Source: Haliotis rubra (Eukaryota). From it: a stretch of DNA of 64,000 bases. Both the position numbers and the translations under genes were made by a program. Each line of letters opens with the position of its first letter. The stretch's first letter is position 1. The notes under the pieces are model-generated. The model ran no database searches, was not told where the DNA came from, and saw nothing but the letters and a program-made list of their open reading frames with translations. Positions 50,390 to 62,865 of this stretch are shown one piece after another. Location: assembly GCF_003918875.1 (NCBI RefSeq), contig NW_025767044.1, forward strand, positions 558,001 to 622,000, written 5' to 3'.

Positions 50390-51959
50390 CTTATCCTGAA
50401 CTTTGTGCTTTACTTTATGAAACAAACTCCCACTATCAATACATTCATCATATAGATGTTCTCGTCTTGCTTAGCACACCGCTCAGTGTAGATCATGACA
50501 ATGTTCCAAACCGTTAAGACCTGGTCCAAGGAACTTAAATTCTAGGTCAGTGGATCATAATGACAAAGGGACGAATCACAGCGAATTGTTTCCCGTAGGA
50601 GACGTATCATATGATCTGATTAAGGATAACTGCCCCCGGACCCCACCTAACTGCCCCTCCCACGCACGGTTGCCTGGGGAAACAGTCCCATTAAAAAAAT
50701 CACAATGCCACTGGGGTAATCATAGAAACTAATCATTACATGGCTGTGGTGTCATGTAACCGACTGCATATGTTCAGCATGTAGGTCACGGTGCCATGTC
50801 TCCCCGATACATCTCTTTGACAGAACTCTTCCTCTGGGCAAGCTCTGGACTTGACACACGCATGTGTCGTGAATGTGTAGGTGGAAAAGATTGGATTCCT
50901 ACATCGATTTCAGGCTCAAGTTACAATGTCAAACCAAGTTTTTCTTATTTAGATAATAATCTTGTAGATATAAACGTCCATGTGGGAGAAGCGTTGTGCG
51001 CAGTTAGGCTGTATATGTAGATACATGTAGATACTTATCATGGCATTATCAAGGGAACACTGTCGCCTACGTAACGGTATAATGTTGCAGTCTGTCTGGC
51101 ATCTATGAATAAAAGTTTAGTATATTCATCAAATGCCCGCAATGCCAAATGGAAATGTCTATTTAATCCGTAATTCCCTACTATACGTAGCAAATGTTAA
51201 AGTTTCCAAGTAGTTATTTTTATTTAATTTAATTTCCATGTTGTAGTGGGAAAGTAGAAAACGATTTCTTAAAGTGTTTCTGTAACAAAAGACTCTATAT
51301 GGTACAGACATTTCGAGGCGTGGAGGATGGTATCTGGTCGTTATCTAGTATAATCTCATCAATATATTTTAGGGAATTTCACGCGATTTTCAATGCATGT
51401 TTGATACAATATTAGTCGTATTATTATAACATAATTATAATATTATGTAAATACATGTGCTATGGGATATGTATCTATATTGTGCTTTACCTCTAAAGTC
51501 TTTACATAGTCTATATTCTTACGCTTTTACTAAAATCCCTTTCGATAGAAATAGACGTTTCATTCATACTCATCGTAGCTAATGCTCATTCATTCCCCTA
51601 AAGAGATTGTGATAGTTAATTAAGTGTAGACATTGTGCTGAACAGTAGTGTCTGCAAGATATATTACATCTCATTATGTTTCATTTCATAGCTATCCTTT
51701 GAGGCAATATGACGAAACAAATTACGATCTGAGGAACTTGTCCAGACATATTAAATGAACATTCTTGAGTTATGAGACATTGGACAGCATCTGTTACGAG
51801 GTATCATTTGATACTCTTTATTTTGGATTCAAATTACTCCCTTCAAGACAGAAGCTTCGTGCACTGATCCTATGCTCTTGAACTAGGAATGTAGTTGACC
51901 TTAAGTACCACTAACAATCACGATGACATACAAAATGCAAATTTTCAAAAACCTTTAGG

Positions 51960-52129
51960 CTGACTGACTGAATGAGTTTAGTTTTACGCCTCTTTTAGCA
52001 ATATTCCAGCAATATCACGGCGGGGGACACCAGAAATGGGCTTAACAGATTGTGCCGTTGTGGGGAATCGAACCCGGGTCTTTGGCGTGACGAGCCAACG
52101 CTTTAACCACTAGGCTACCCCACCGCCCC
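51960..52129 (-). mobile_element. tRNA-derived SINE family 1
   Basis: Full-length copy, 15-bp TSD tcaaaaacctttagg (51945-51959/52130-52144). Confidence 0.93.
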
Positions 52130-52957
52130 TCAAAAACCTTTAGGACCACAGGGGAATACAAATAAACTAACCAACGACTTGGTCAATTTAAACAAATGAA
52201 TGGAACCGATCTCTGAATGAATGGTCATGTGTAATGGCCTGTTTCAAGTTACTCTGAAACTTAATTATCGGCAAGTTTTTGCTGAAGCATCTGCAACATT
52301 TTGATTATATTTTTTAGCACATCAGTAGTTAATCACTATGTTGCACGTACAACATTGTATGGTACATCGACGATTCAAGGTTCCCACTGTAATTTTATTT
52401 CTTTTAAGCTTTAAAATTACAAAACGTTTCCATGCGACACATCAATCAGAGAAATGCTCTGTTAATGTAACCAATAATATGTTACACAATTATATCATAA
52501 CATATAATCCTTAAAATACATTAAATAGCAGTTGATCCATGTATAACGGCAATGTGCAAAGAATATTTCAAGTGAATCATCGCAATTTCACTTCGTCCAA
52601 GGACATCAGATTGTGCGAGTTTTATTTGTCTGAATACATCATCTGTTTATCAATAATAATGCTCCATAAGGTTCGGGTATGTCATTTCAAAGTTATAATA
52701 TGCATATACGAGTTTCACTTGAATCCATGAAGAATCCTACAAGACGGGACAGATTACATGCAGTGGCCGACAATCCTCGGCGAATCAACAGCATCATAGT
52801 CTAAACATACTCCCTAACATATACCAAGATGGATACTGTACTAAACAACCCCTATGCGATTAAATCCTTTAGGGTAATTGTTGAATACGAGTCGAGAAAC
52901 GGGACTGACACATGTGTCCCGTCTTCTGGTATTGTATAAGGCCTCAGTGACGGACTC

Positions 52958-53362
52958 AGTGAGTGAGTTAAAATTTAACGTCACATTGGCAATATCTCAT
53001 CCATATCGTGACGAAAACAATTTATACATTAAAAGTGAAAACATTTGGAAGATTAAAACCTGTCGACGATGAACAGTAAAATACTAGAGAATCACAGATA
53101 TGAATATAAAACTAGCGAGCAAAGCTAAAACATTCCAATTAAAGAAGACAATTCAGTATAAAACACGGGCTATAGATCGAAGGTAGATCACCGTACAAGG
53201 AACCATGGGGACTTACATTACTTTTGCTACCTGCATGGACCCTAGCTGGATTTACACCATTCCTTCAGCCGCTGTCGATTGTAAGAAATGTTAGCCAAAA
53301 CTAAAATAACCAGAATACTACGTTTAAAATCCTGGTAAGTTTGTATTGACTTTGAAAGTTTT
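52958..53362 (-). mobile_element. Nimb/I-type LINE 3' tail
   Basis: Reverse complement of 7195-7636 family. Confidence 0.75.
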
Positions 53363-54576
53363 CATTCCGCATCTATTTCAGCCGGATACGAAGTGTAATC
53401 ATTCTGAATCTAGGATCAGAGCTCACGATTACTGGATCCTGCTTCTACTAAGGTACCTAACATTGTTCTGAGAACTACTGTGATACTATTGTACCATCCT
53501 AGATAGGACAATCCCCTCCAAGAGAATGCAAACAAATGGTAACTGTTCTCACACACTACTTTCAGTACAGTGTCTCAGCAAAATCACGTCAATGCAAATT
53601 AAGGCATATTTCTGGTTCATACGCTTTCTATTCACGTTATCTTTCAAGAAAAGAAACTCATTTCCGTTTCCGCAGTCTGTTTTTCAAGGAGCATGTCACT
53701 CAATAAATACTTTTTACAGAAACGTGATGTCATTCACGTATGTCAGCAGAGCGCCTTGAATCTCCCCACGGGTTTGATTTGCATCATGAAATGGTTTTTC
53801 AGTTTGTTTGAAATGAGTATATAGTATTCTGAACATGACCATTATAATTAGAAAAGTTTATCAAATGCCGATCAGTTGTCTCGAAGAACACACGATGTGT
53901 GCTTAGGTCGAACAGCACAGAATCAATTATTTCCCAATTTACAGATTCAAGCAGATAACGTGCATTTATATGGCGCTTCATTTGCAGAAGGTAATGTTGT
54001 GCCGGATGTGTGATGCATATGCTCATGTATGCAATATGTTTCATGACACAAATGGGGCCTATATATAGCCAATAGTTACATACATTTCAACATTACAAAC
54101 ATTCTGCTTACATCCCATACACTCCCATGTATTCTTCGGGCATTGCGTCATACAATTCGAGTTCTAAACACAAGTAGATGTATGTCTTATTTAAAGAAAA
54201 TTATACAAGCCTTGGATCGAATTCTGAGATTTATTTTGATAGATCTCAGATAAATGGATAATAGATGCTGTATAAACAGTTGAAAGTGTCCTCTTTCAGT
54301 TAGGAACATGGCAACCAATTCTTACACGTGTATATTTCTATGCATTGTATAAACAGAATGATAAAGAACAAAACTATACATGTTTAATACTGAAGAAGAT
54401 GTAAAACATGAGTGAGTGAGTTGATATTTAACGTCACATCGGCAATTTTTCAGCCATATAGTTACGAGAACACATTAGACGTATATATCTAAAACGTCAA
54501 GATGTAAGACACGTCAGAATGTTATACAGAACATATCACCGAGGCATAAACACATGCACCAAAAGGGTGTCATTCG

Positions 54577-54708
54577 GAATGAGTTTTAGGTCGCTTTTAG
54601 CAATACTCCAGCAATATCACGGCGGGGAACACCAGAAATGGGCTTCACATATTGTACCCATGTGGGGAATCGAACCAGGGTCGAACCACTAGGCTGCCCC
54701 ATCGCCCC
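54577..54708 (-). mobile_element. tRNA-derived SINE family 1 (internally deleted)
   Basis: ttttagcaatactccagcaatatcacggcgggg...ggggaatcgaacc...catcgcccc. Confidence 0.8.
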
Positions 54709-54741
54709 GTTTCAATATGTATTGAGCCACTAAAAACAATT

Positions 54742-55005
54742 AGTGAGTGAGTGAGCGAGTTAAAGTTTGACGTCACCTCGGCAATATTTCAGCCATTTAG
54801 TGACAAGAAAGGTTTTGCATACACAGTTAATATAACTTGTTAAATAATCAGTCATCGAAGAAATGTAAAATAACTAGAGTATCACAGATGGTGTCTAAAA
54901 CTAGCATGTAAATCTAAAACAATTTTATTTACGAAGACAATACAATATAAAAACAGTCACAGGTCGCCAACAACTGAAGGCAGATCACCACACCAGGGAC
55001 CAGGA
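54742..55005 (-). mobile_element. Nimb/I-type LINE 3' tail
   Basis: (gagt)n start, gtcgccaacaactgaaggcagatcacca. Confidence 0.75.
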
Positions 55006-55181
55006 TTCAGGTGATTGGTAAACGTGGGCTTTATTCAATTGTCTTTGTGGTACAATAATCAAGATTGATGGGCATAATATGCTGGCATAATAATTTTATC
55101 TTGTTTTTAATTTACATCGCTTTATTGAAAAATACGACTTTTCGGGAGATGCATTCTTTTGCAATATATATCACATACATA

Positions 55182-56478
55182 CAGTACAACCAGAAATTAT
55201 TGAGAATTTAAAGATTGTAATTTTTTATTTATTTCACTCATTACTCACGTATTAAATGTGAATATTAGCACAACATAACTCCAGCTTCAAAGACAGGTGA
55301 ACAGTTAGTACTTTGTCAAGTCACCATGGGCAGCAATGCAGGCTTCAATGCGGCGGGGCATACTACTGATCAAAGAAGTTAGAAAGTCGTGGTCCATGCT
55401 GTCCCAATATCGGACCACCTCTTCTTTCATTTCAGTAATATTTGTCAGATTTTTCTTATTGACACTTTCCTTCATAAGTCCCCAAACATTTTCTATTGGA
55501 TTTAGGTCAGGGCTATAGCTTGGCCAATCTAATAATGTCATATTTTGGGTCCGAAACCAGGCCTGTGAATGCTTTGAACGATGTTTTGGGTCGTTGTCCT
55601 GCTGGAAAATCAAAACATTTCCATAGAACACGTGAGCAGATGGAAGTAAATGTCCCTCAAGAATATCTGTGTACCGCTCACTGTTCATATTCCCTTCAAA
55701 TACACTGAGGGGCGTTGCCCCTAACACAGATATGCCACCCCACACGTTAAATTTCGGACTGAACTTTGGGCGCTCATACAAAGGTTTTTCAGTTTGTTTG
55801 GTCCAGAATTTCAGCGTATTAGGAAACAGCCACACAGAACTTTCATCTGGGATAATCACATTGTCCCAGTTAAAATTTCTATGCTGTAAGCACCAGTGCA
55901 ACCTTCGCTAATTTTGTTCAGGTTTCATGATCGGTGATGGAATTCCTCGACTTTTCTGCCAACCCACTGCATGCAGCTCAGTTCTAATTGTCTCCTTACA
56001 GACAGCCACAGTTCCTCTATCAATCATATCCAACCTTAAGTTTTCTAAACTCCTTCGTTTGTTTTTAGAAACAACAATACCAAGCCGCCTGCTGTCACCG
56101 ACTGTCAATTTTCTTGGCCTACCTGCGCCTCCCTGGTGCTCAATGCCATATCCATTTGCAATATGTTTCAAAACACGATAAACAGTGGACAAAGGGATGC
56201 CTGTTCTACTTGAAATCACTTTAGCTGATCTGATGTCCTTGTTATAATACTCTAAAATCAACTTCCACTTCTCTAAATCATCCATACTAAGGATCACTGA
56301 AAATGTCGTCTGCTAGCAAGTAAACAAAGGGGGATAACTCTTCACAAACTAATGAAAAGGATTAACGGAGTTGTCTCTCTTGAATGAAACCAAGCACTTG
56401 ATAGCTGGTCAAGGTTGTTTATACTAGAAATCCAATTAAACATATTCCTAAAATTCTCAATAATTTCTGGTCATACTA
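55182..56478 (-). mobile_element. Full-length Tc1-family DNA transposon (1297 bp)
   Basis: 28-bp imperfect TIRs (55182-55209, 56451-56478), TA target duplication, transposase inside. Confidence 0.97.
55305..56285 (-). pseudogene. Tc1 DD34E transposase with one premature stop
   Basis: HTH...GAGRPRKLT; catalytic PDESS / QQDNDPKH / SPDLNPIE with 34 residues between D and E; in-frame TAG at 55908-55910 where the sister copy has GAG. Confidence 0.93.
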
Positions 56479-57419
56479 TATATGTATTGTGAACAACGAG
56501 GTCATATATAAAGAAATGCATGTTTTTAAATGTGTCAGACCCGACGTCGATGGGAATAACAAGGAATTCATACATTGGTGAATACACCGAGGTACAGTTT
56601 ATCATTAGTTTTAATTGAGAAACCGGTATTGAAAACTAGGACAGTGAAACATAGCAAAGGTATTTGCACTGACTCCACGCAAAAACATTTTAGCACGTTA
56701 GGTGAATGTTAGTCGTGTCCGTGGTGTAGACCAGTGGCTAGAGCGTCTCATCATTACGCCACAGATCTGGGATGGATCACCATATGGGTACCATCTGTGA
56801 AACGCAATGGCTCTATTATATTACGGTAACCTCAACGGAGTTTGTGTTGACTTCAACTGGATTTCCTTGAATGAAGATAAAAGATATGTCATAAGACATT
56901 CATTTTGCAAACATCATAGTTCATGTAATGCAAAGGTTAAATTCATATTTACATTTACCGACGAATGTCCACTACTTCCAGCCAAACACTGAACGGTCGG
57001 AGAGATTTTCCCTCAGAATTTAGCGATTTATATGCCGCTTCAATTGCACAAACGTTTCGCAGTGAATCCAATGTACTGTGTGCGCCTACATGCCATAAGT
57101 TTACACAGATATGTTAAATAATTTGCATGTTTCTGACAACCTAACGATAATGCTTTAGAAATGACATGTAACATATATAAATTTTCCCATTCCTTCCATG
57201 TGAACCGAGTATTGGTCAGTGAGTGAGTTAAAATGTACCGTCAAAGTCAAAGTCAAAGATATGTATTGTACTTAAGGCCTCCGGCCCATATACAAGTGAT
57301 ACAAGTATATATACAACACATGTTCCACAGTTCACAAAAGAAATTACAGTTCAGAGAAGATATTGCTTCTAAGGATAACAGCATGTTTTACGTAAAGCGC
57401 AAGATTACGTATTACATTT

Positions 57420-60400
57420 TCATTTTAGGAGGATAGAATGGAAACAAAGGCAATTGAAGGATATTTTGAACAGGTAATTATTTGGGATATATTTTTTTCT
57501 TAAATCAGCATAATGTGGGCATACCAAAGCGAAGTGAATTTCATCTTCTCTGGCCGAGTTACATAATGGACATATCCTTAAACGTTTCTCTATTGAAAAT
57601 CGTCTGCCCTTATTTACTAATAAGTCTAACAAGCCCAATCGAAAATTTACAAATGTGCATCTGATATTTCTAGATGTCAATACAGATAGATATAGTTCTG
57701 GTTGAATTAAGCTCTTATGTGATCTATACAACTGATATCTTGAACTATTGTCTAGACGGGAATGCCATTCTTGATAATACATGCTAACAGATTGTTCTCG
57801 AAATTGCTTAAGAAATAGATTAATATTACCAACTGTTTGATTTAGCCACACAAATCCAAAGCCATGAGAAAATAAAAGATTTCTAATATGAGACGCCCAT
57901 GTTGTCTTACCCCTATCATCTAAATGTACAAGCATGTTATAAGCTAGTTTTGGGATTCTTTGTTCGTGCATTCCAAGGATCTTTAACCAATATTTTAAAC
58001 ATCTGATTAGTGAATTTATATATATTGGATATCTACCGCATTCTCCATAAACCTTACAAGTTGGTGTTGCTTGCGCTACATTTAAAAATCTTTTACATGC
58101 TAAAAGGTGTAGTTTCTCTAGACATTAATGGCTTTGAAATTCCCAAATTTCAGACCCATAAAGCATAATCGGTTGGATTTGTGCATAAAACAATTTAATA
58201 TATATTTTCGGGGTTAAAATTCCAAAATTCTGGGAAACTGACATAACATTAATAAGAGCCTTCTTAGCGCGTGATTTCAGATCTATAAAACTCTTTTTAA
58301 AGTTCATGGTATCGGAAAACACTAGTCCGAGATAGGTAAAGTGATTACCAATAGATAATTTTTTCCCATTCAAAAAACATTTTTTAGAGGCGACAGGCCC
58401 ACCTCATCTAAAGATAACTATGTTGTTTTTTTAAAAATTAACAAATAAGTTCCATTAATTTGTATAACGTTCCAAAGAAATTCAGTTGGTTTTGGAGACC
58501 GACGATAGTACAATTACCTGAATTAGAAATATCATAATACAGTTCGCTAATAAAGAAGGAAAGCAATATAGGGCTTAAAATACACCCTTGCCGAACTCCC
58601 ATGGGACAAACGAAAACATCGGTGACATCATCACCACAACGAACACATGATTTAATATTCAAGTACATAAATTTTAAAATAGAATACATTTTCCCTTGTA
58701 AACCAGACTTTCGTAAGCAGTGCCATAATTCACAACGATCCACAGAGTCAAAAGCTTTCTTAAAGTCAACAAATGCTACATAAAGTTTGTGTTTATTACG
58801 CGATAGACACTTTTGTATTATGCATATAGTGTAAAGATATAGTCAGTAGTTGAATAATCCTTTCTAAACGCCGCCTGGCACTCAGGGATTAAGTTGCTTA
58901 GATTTGACCAGTTTGAGATTCTGATGTTTAAAACAGTTGTAAATAATTTCCCAATAACACTCATTAAAGATATGCCTCTATAATTATCTGGATTGTCTTG
59001 AGCCCCTTTTTATGTATAGGGACGATAATTGAACAAGGCCAGCTTTCTGGAAACGAACCACTTTCAAATACAGTATTAAAACACTTATGGAGGAAGGGCA
59101 TTAACTCGACTTGAGAACATTTAATCATTTCGATTATAATATTATCGGGACCAGCTGCTTTTCCGCTCTTTAAGTTACGCATAGCATTCTTTATCTCAAC
59201 TACTGAAATTTGTGTTTCAAAAATCATTTGATCAACAGTGTCATAGTCATTCGAAGAGATAATATCATCATCGAAGGAATAGCCACTTTGAAAAACAGCA
59301 TCATTAGAAAAAACTGTCTTAAAATGTTTCATCCATTCACATTTTTAAATATTACTTTTAGGATTTGATCGCTTTCTAAATGGACGAATTTGTTTCCAGA
59401 ACACAGCAGGATTGTGGATAGAATCATTCAATCTGTTCAATCTTTGATTCAATCTTTGATTTTCTACATGAAGCTTTGTATTTGTTTCTCATTTTACAAA
59501 AATAATTTCTGTTGCTCTCCGAGCGTCTACACCGAAAACTTCTAAGTGCTTTGCACGCGTCACGTCGTGCAGTTTTACACTCGTCACTTAAGGGTGCTTT
59601 ATAGTTTTGCTTACACGGCTTAGTCTTTTTCTTCATACAATCTGCTGAATCTAATATAACATGGACAAACTCATCTAAAGCTCCGTTTAGATCGAACTCA
59701 AGTTTTGATAAGAGACGGTCATTATAAAATGAAATCTTACTTTTTTAAATTTTCTAAAAATATTTCGCAAAAGGCGTCGTTCCAAACAATCTTTTCTTTA
59801 ATCATCAATATGGTTTTTATCACTTGAGTTGTTTATATTTGAAAATTAACAAGTCAGTTCTAATGGTAAATGATCAGAGTCTACTGCGGTCTCCAATATT
59901 CATCAAGTTAATAATTGGAAGAAGTCTGGTGAACCAATAAAATAGTTATTGACACTTGATCCCTGTTGCCCATGAAATGTATATTCGCCTTGCGAGTCTC
60001 CATACACTTTACCGTTCGCTATGAACAGGTTGAAGGTATAGCATAAATCTAATAACAGATTGCCAAAATTATTAACAACACTGTCGTGAGAATTACGATC
60101 ATAAATAGGATAGTTGTCATCATCAGCGCTCTCTTGGAATATATGACGATATTATCATCATCCAGACTAGGAGACACATTGTTTTGTTTTCCTGTACGGG
60201 CATTCAGATCACCACAAATAACAGTGTGACATTCAGCAAAGTCATGGAGATTCGCTAGCAGATATTGCTCCAGTTGTTCAATATTACATTTGTGATTCAT
60301 ATGCTTATAGTACGTTGAACCAAAAAAAGGAGGAATATATGTACACATCAAATTCATATCTTTGTCAAGTGAAAACAATTCCTTTAAGATTTTGATACAA

Positions 60401-60663
60401 ATGAAATTATCAATATCAGATGTTAATTGTCTATACATGTTCCTAAGCGAATGGTGGATACAAACGCAAACACCACCCGAGTGTCTACCGTGATCTGACA
60501 ATTTGATAGCAGGGCTATAAAACACGTCATAGCCATCCAACCAACTGTAAGAGGTGTCGGTAACAAATGTCTCAATCAAACATATAATATGAAATTTACG
60601 AAGATAATCAATAAAACTGATATAATCAATCTTTTCAGTCAACCCATTTATGTTCCAGCACAA
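57420..60663 (-). pseudogene. LINE ORF2 (endonuclease-reverse transcriptase), frameshifted
   Basis: CWNINGL, ICLIETF, GDLNARTG (APE); KAAGPDNI, VAFVDFRKAFDSV, GVRQGCILSP (RT); (Y/F)ADD segment missing near 58520. Confidence 0.92.
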
Positions 60664-60773
60664 AAAGGCGGTTTTCTCACTGTCAGTTTCAATCCGAGTA
60701 AGCGAATGACAATCATCACCGGTGTCATTGCTAAGAGGACCCTGTGATATAAATCCGGGCCTTGGCCGATGTT

Positions 60774-61557
60774 CTATTCAGATACAGTACTTGCAAGTGG
60801 CTGAAGGTCGTCACGACCAGTACGTGGCTGACGTCTACTTTGTGTAATCCTCATATGGGGACGAGACTGAGTGTGCGCACGTCCACTCGGTACCACTACA
60901 AGTTCACCGTTCTTGAAGTAACCGAATTGGCAAGTTTCTTTCAGATCGTGAAGTTGTTGACGTTGGCGTGTGGTCAGATCACTGGAGATACCATATCCAT
61001 TTTCTTTCAGCACAGACCTAGCTTTCAGTGCTCTAACTTTGTCATCTGACATTTGCATCTTGACAATTATCGGGCGTGGCTTAGTTGAATCGGCAAGCTT
61101 ACGCCCAAGGCGATGGGCTCTAATAACGTCAATCGGTTGCCACGTTTTGAACGTTAGGTACTTTGTGAAAAGGTTGAGAATAGTTTCCTTGCATGCCATT
61201 GATTTCTCCCCTTCGGCTTCCAGTACACCATGAATGATGACGTTGTCTCGACGGCTAAGTCGATCATGGTCAAATGTTCATCAAATCCATTAACCCTTTC
61301 ATCCATGGCGTCAAGATCAGAACACATGATGCCATACTCATGTTTGGAGGCGGCGATATCTGATTTGATATCTGACACCGACTTCTCTAGTTGATCACAT
61401 CTCGATCCCATTGATATTTCAGTTTTCAAGGCGGTGATCTGTGATGATAGATCTGATTTGACGTCACGTATTTCAGCTATTAAACAATCTCTCACTTCTT
61501 CCAAAGTGAGAGGGCCGGGGTTGGTTTCGATGTCATTTGCACACATCAGAAGATGTT
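60774..61557 (-). pseudogene. LINE ORF1 with N-terminal 2A-like motif, frameshifted
   Basis: KHLLMCANDIETNPGP followed by coiled coil, then in a shifted frame IDVIRAHRLGRKLADSTKPRPIIVKM...GYGISSDLT. Confidence 0.85.
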
Positions 61558-61985
61558 TCACAACTGGCAATATTTCAGCCATATCGTGACGAGAGAACCT
61601 TATACAGCAATAAAAAAAGTATGATATACATATAAAGGTAATGAAATCCTGTCGCCAAAGGACAATACAACAACTAGTACAACACATTTTATTTAACACT
61701 AGTTAGAGAGCATATACAATAGTAAACTGTTAAGTGACAACACAATATAAAAATGGGCAATAGATCGCCAACCACTGAAGGTAGGTCACCATACTAGGTA
61801 CCATGGGGACTTACAGTGACTTTGCACTACATGGACCCCTGCGTGATTTACACCATCCCTTCAGCAGCTGGCGATTGTTGGAAAATTTAGCCAAAATTAA
61901 CATCACAAAAAATACTACGTTTTAAAAGAAATTGGTAAGTGTAAATGTACTTTGAAAGTTTTGGGACTTACGTACCCTCTCAGGA
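61558..61985 (-). mobile_element. Nimb/I-type LINE 3' tail, split by the 4.3 kb LINE (its terminal 26 bp lie at 57218-57243)
   Basis: Family consensus gagtgagttaaaatttaacgtca|catcggcaatatttcagccatatcgtgacg is divided between 57218-57243 and 61558 onward. Confidence 0.8.
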
Positions 61986-62554
61986 TCGAGTATTGGTATC
62001 AGTTGGTATCAAAGTAACAAAGTAACGTCACCAGTCTTGTATTGCAGTATGATTCTTTAAACATCTGCTTGCATTGAGTTCTTAAATATTAAATCAGAAA
62101 AGGAAAGGAGGAAACAAGTTCTGGTTTATAGTAGACTCACTACTTTGCCATTTATTCAGACAGACAAGCTTGAACATGATAATAATTCAAGGTTTAAAAC
62201 TGAATGAGCCTTATCATAGTTATTTATTTCGGAATTTGTATGTGGATAGTAGTGCAGCTTGAGTTAAGTTACACTCTCTGGTCACATGTTAATGTTAATC
62301 ACATCGCCCAAAGTATCAGCTGAAATCGGTGTGAATCATTCTGAGTCATTTAAACCTTAGATGTCTCATATCTTTAAAGTACACAGTATGATTACATGTC
62401 TTGTCCATGACATACATAATTACACAAAAAAATCAAGGTCAAAATCCCTGCATTAGTGTCAGAAGATATCAGACAAAATGACTGGTTGCGTAAAGTTTGA
62501 GATATAGGTCGTCTACTTGCACAATCCTTTAGTCAGTCACTGCTAACAAACACC

Positions 62555-62865
62555 ATGGCGGCATGTGCGTGGACCTTCCTTCCTTGTGTCCTATGTGTTG
62601 CCCTAACACTGGGGCTGGCTGACTTACCCTTCAGGAACACCTCACTGCCCTGGAGCGACCGGGTGGATGATCTGGTCAGTCGGCTCTCCATAGAGGAGAT
62701 CCAGTACCAGATGGCGAGGGGTGGAGCAGTTAATGATGGTACTCCTCCTATCCCACGACTGGGTATCAAACCATACTCTTGGAACACGGAATGTCTGAGA
62801 GGTGATGCGTATGCAGGCAACGCGACAGGATTTCCCCAGGCTCTTGGTCTTGCTGCTTCATTTAG
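62555..62865 (+). CDS. GH3 beta-xylosidase/alpha-L-arabinofuranosidase-like glycoside hydrolase, coding exon 1
   Basis: Good start context accATGg; signal-peptide-like MAACAWTFLPCVLCVALTLGLA; PFRNTSLPWSDRVDDLVSRL, IPRLGIKPYSWNTECLRG, ATGFPQALGLAASF; donor AG/GTACGG, phase 2. Confidence 0.93.

Larger units (their letters stand above)
37975..51354 (-). repeat. Right arm of ~28 kb inverted duplication
   Basis: Reverse complement of left arm along its length. It retains the empty TA site (51022-51023) of the Tc1 found in the left arm and has its own arm-specific insertions. Confidence 0.93.
57244..61557 (-). mobile_element. Decayed non-LTR retrotransposon (APE-RT LINE, RTE-X/CR1-group-like), ~4.3 kb
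   Basis: ORF1 with coiled coil and RRM-type motif (RAHRLGRK...PRPIIVK), ORF2 with APE, RT and C-terminal CPLC..EDEIHF.LVCP.Y; (ctttga)n 3' tail; many frameshifts. Confidence 0.92.

Noticed and set aside
23478-51354. Palindrome as an assembly or amplification chimera
   Set aside because: Arms differ by many substitutions and by arm-specific insertions with matching empty sites; an artefactual mirror would be essentially identical.
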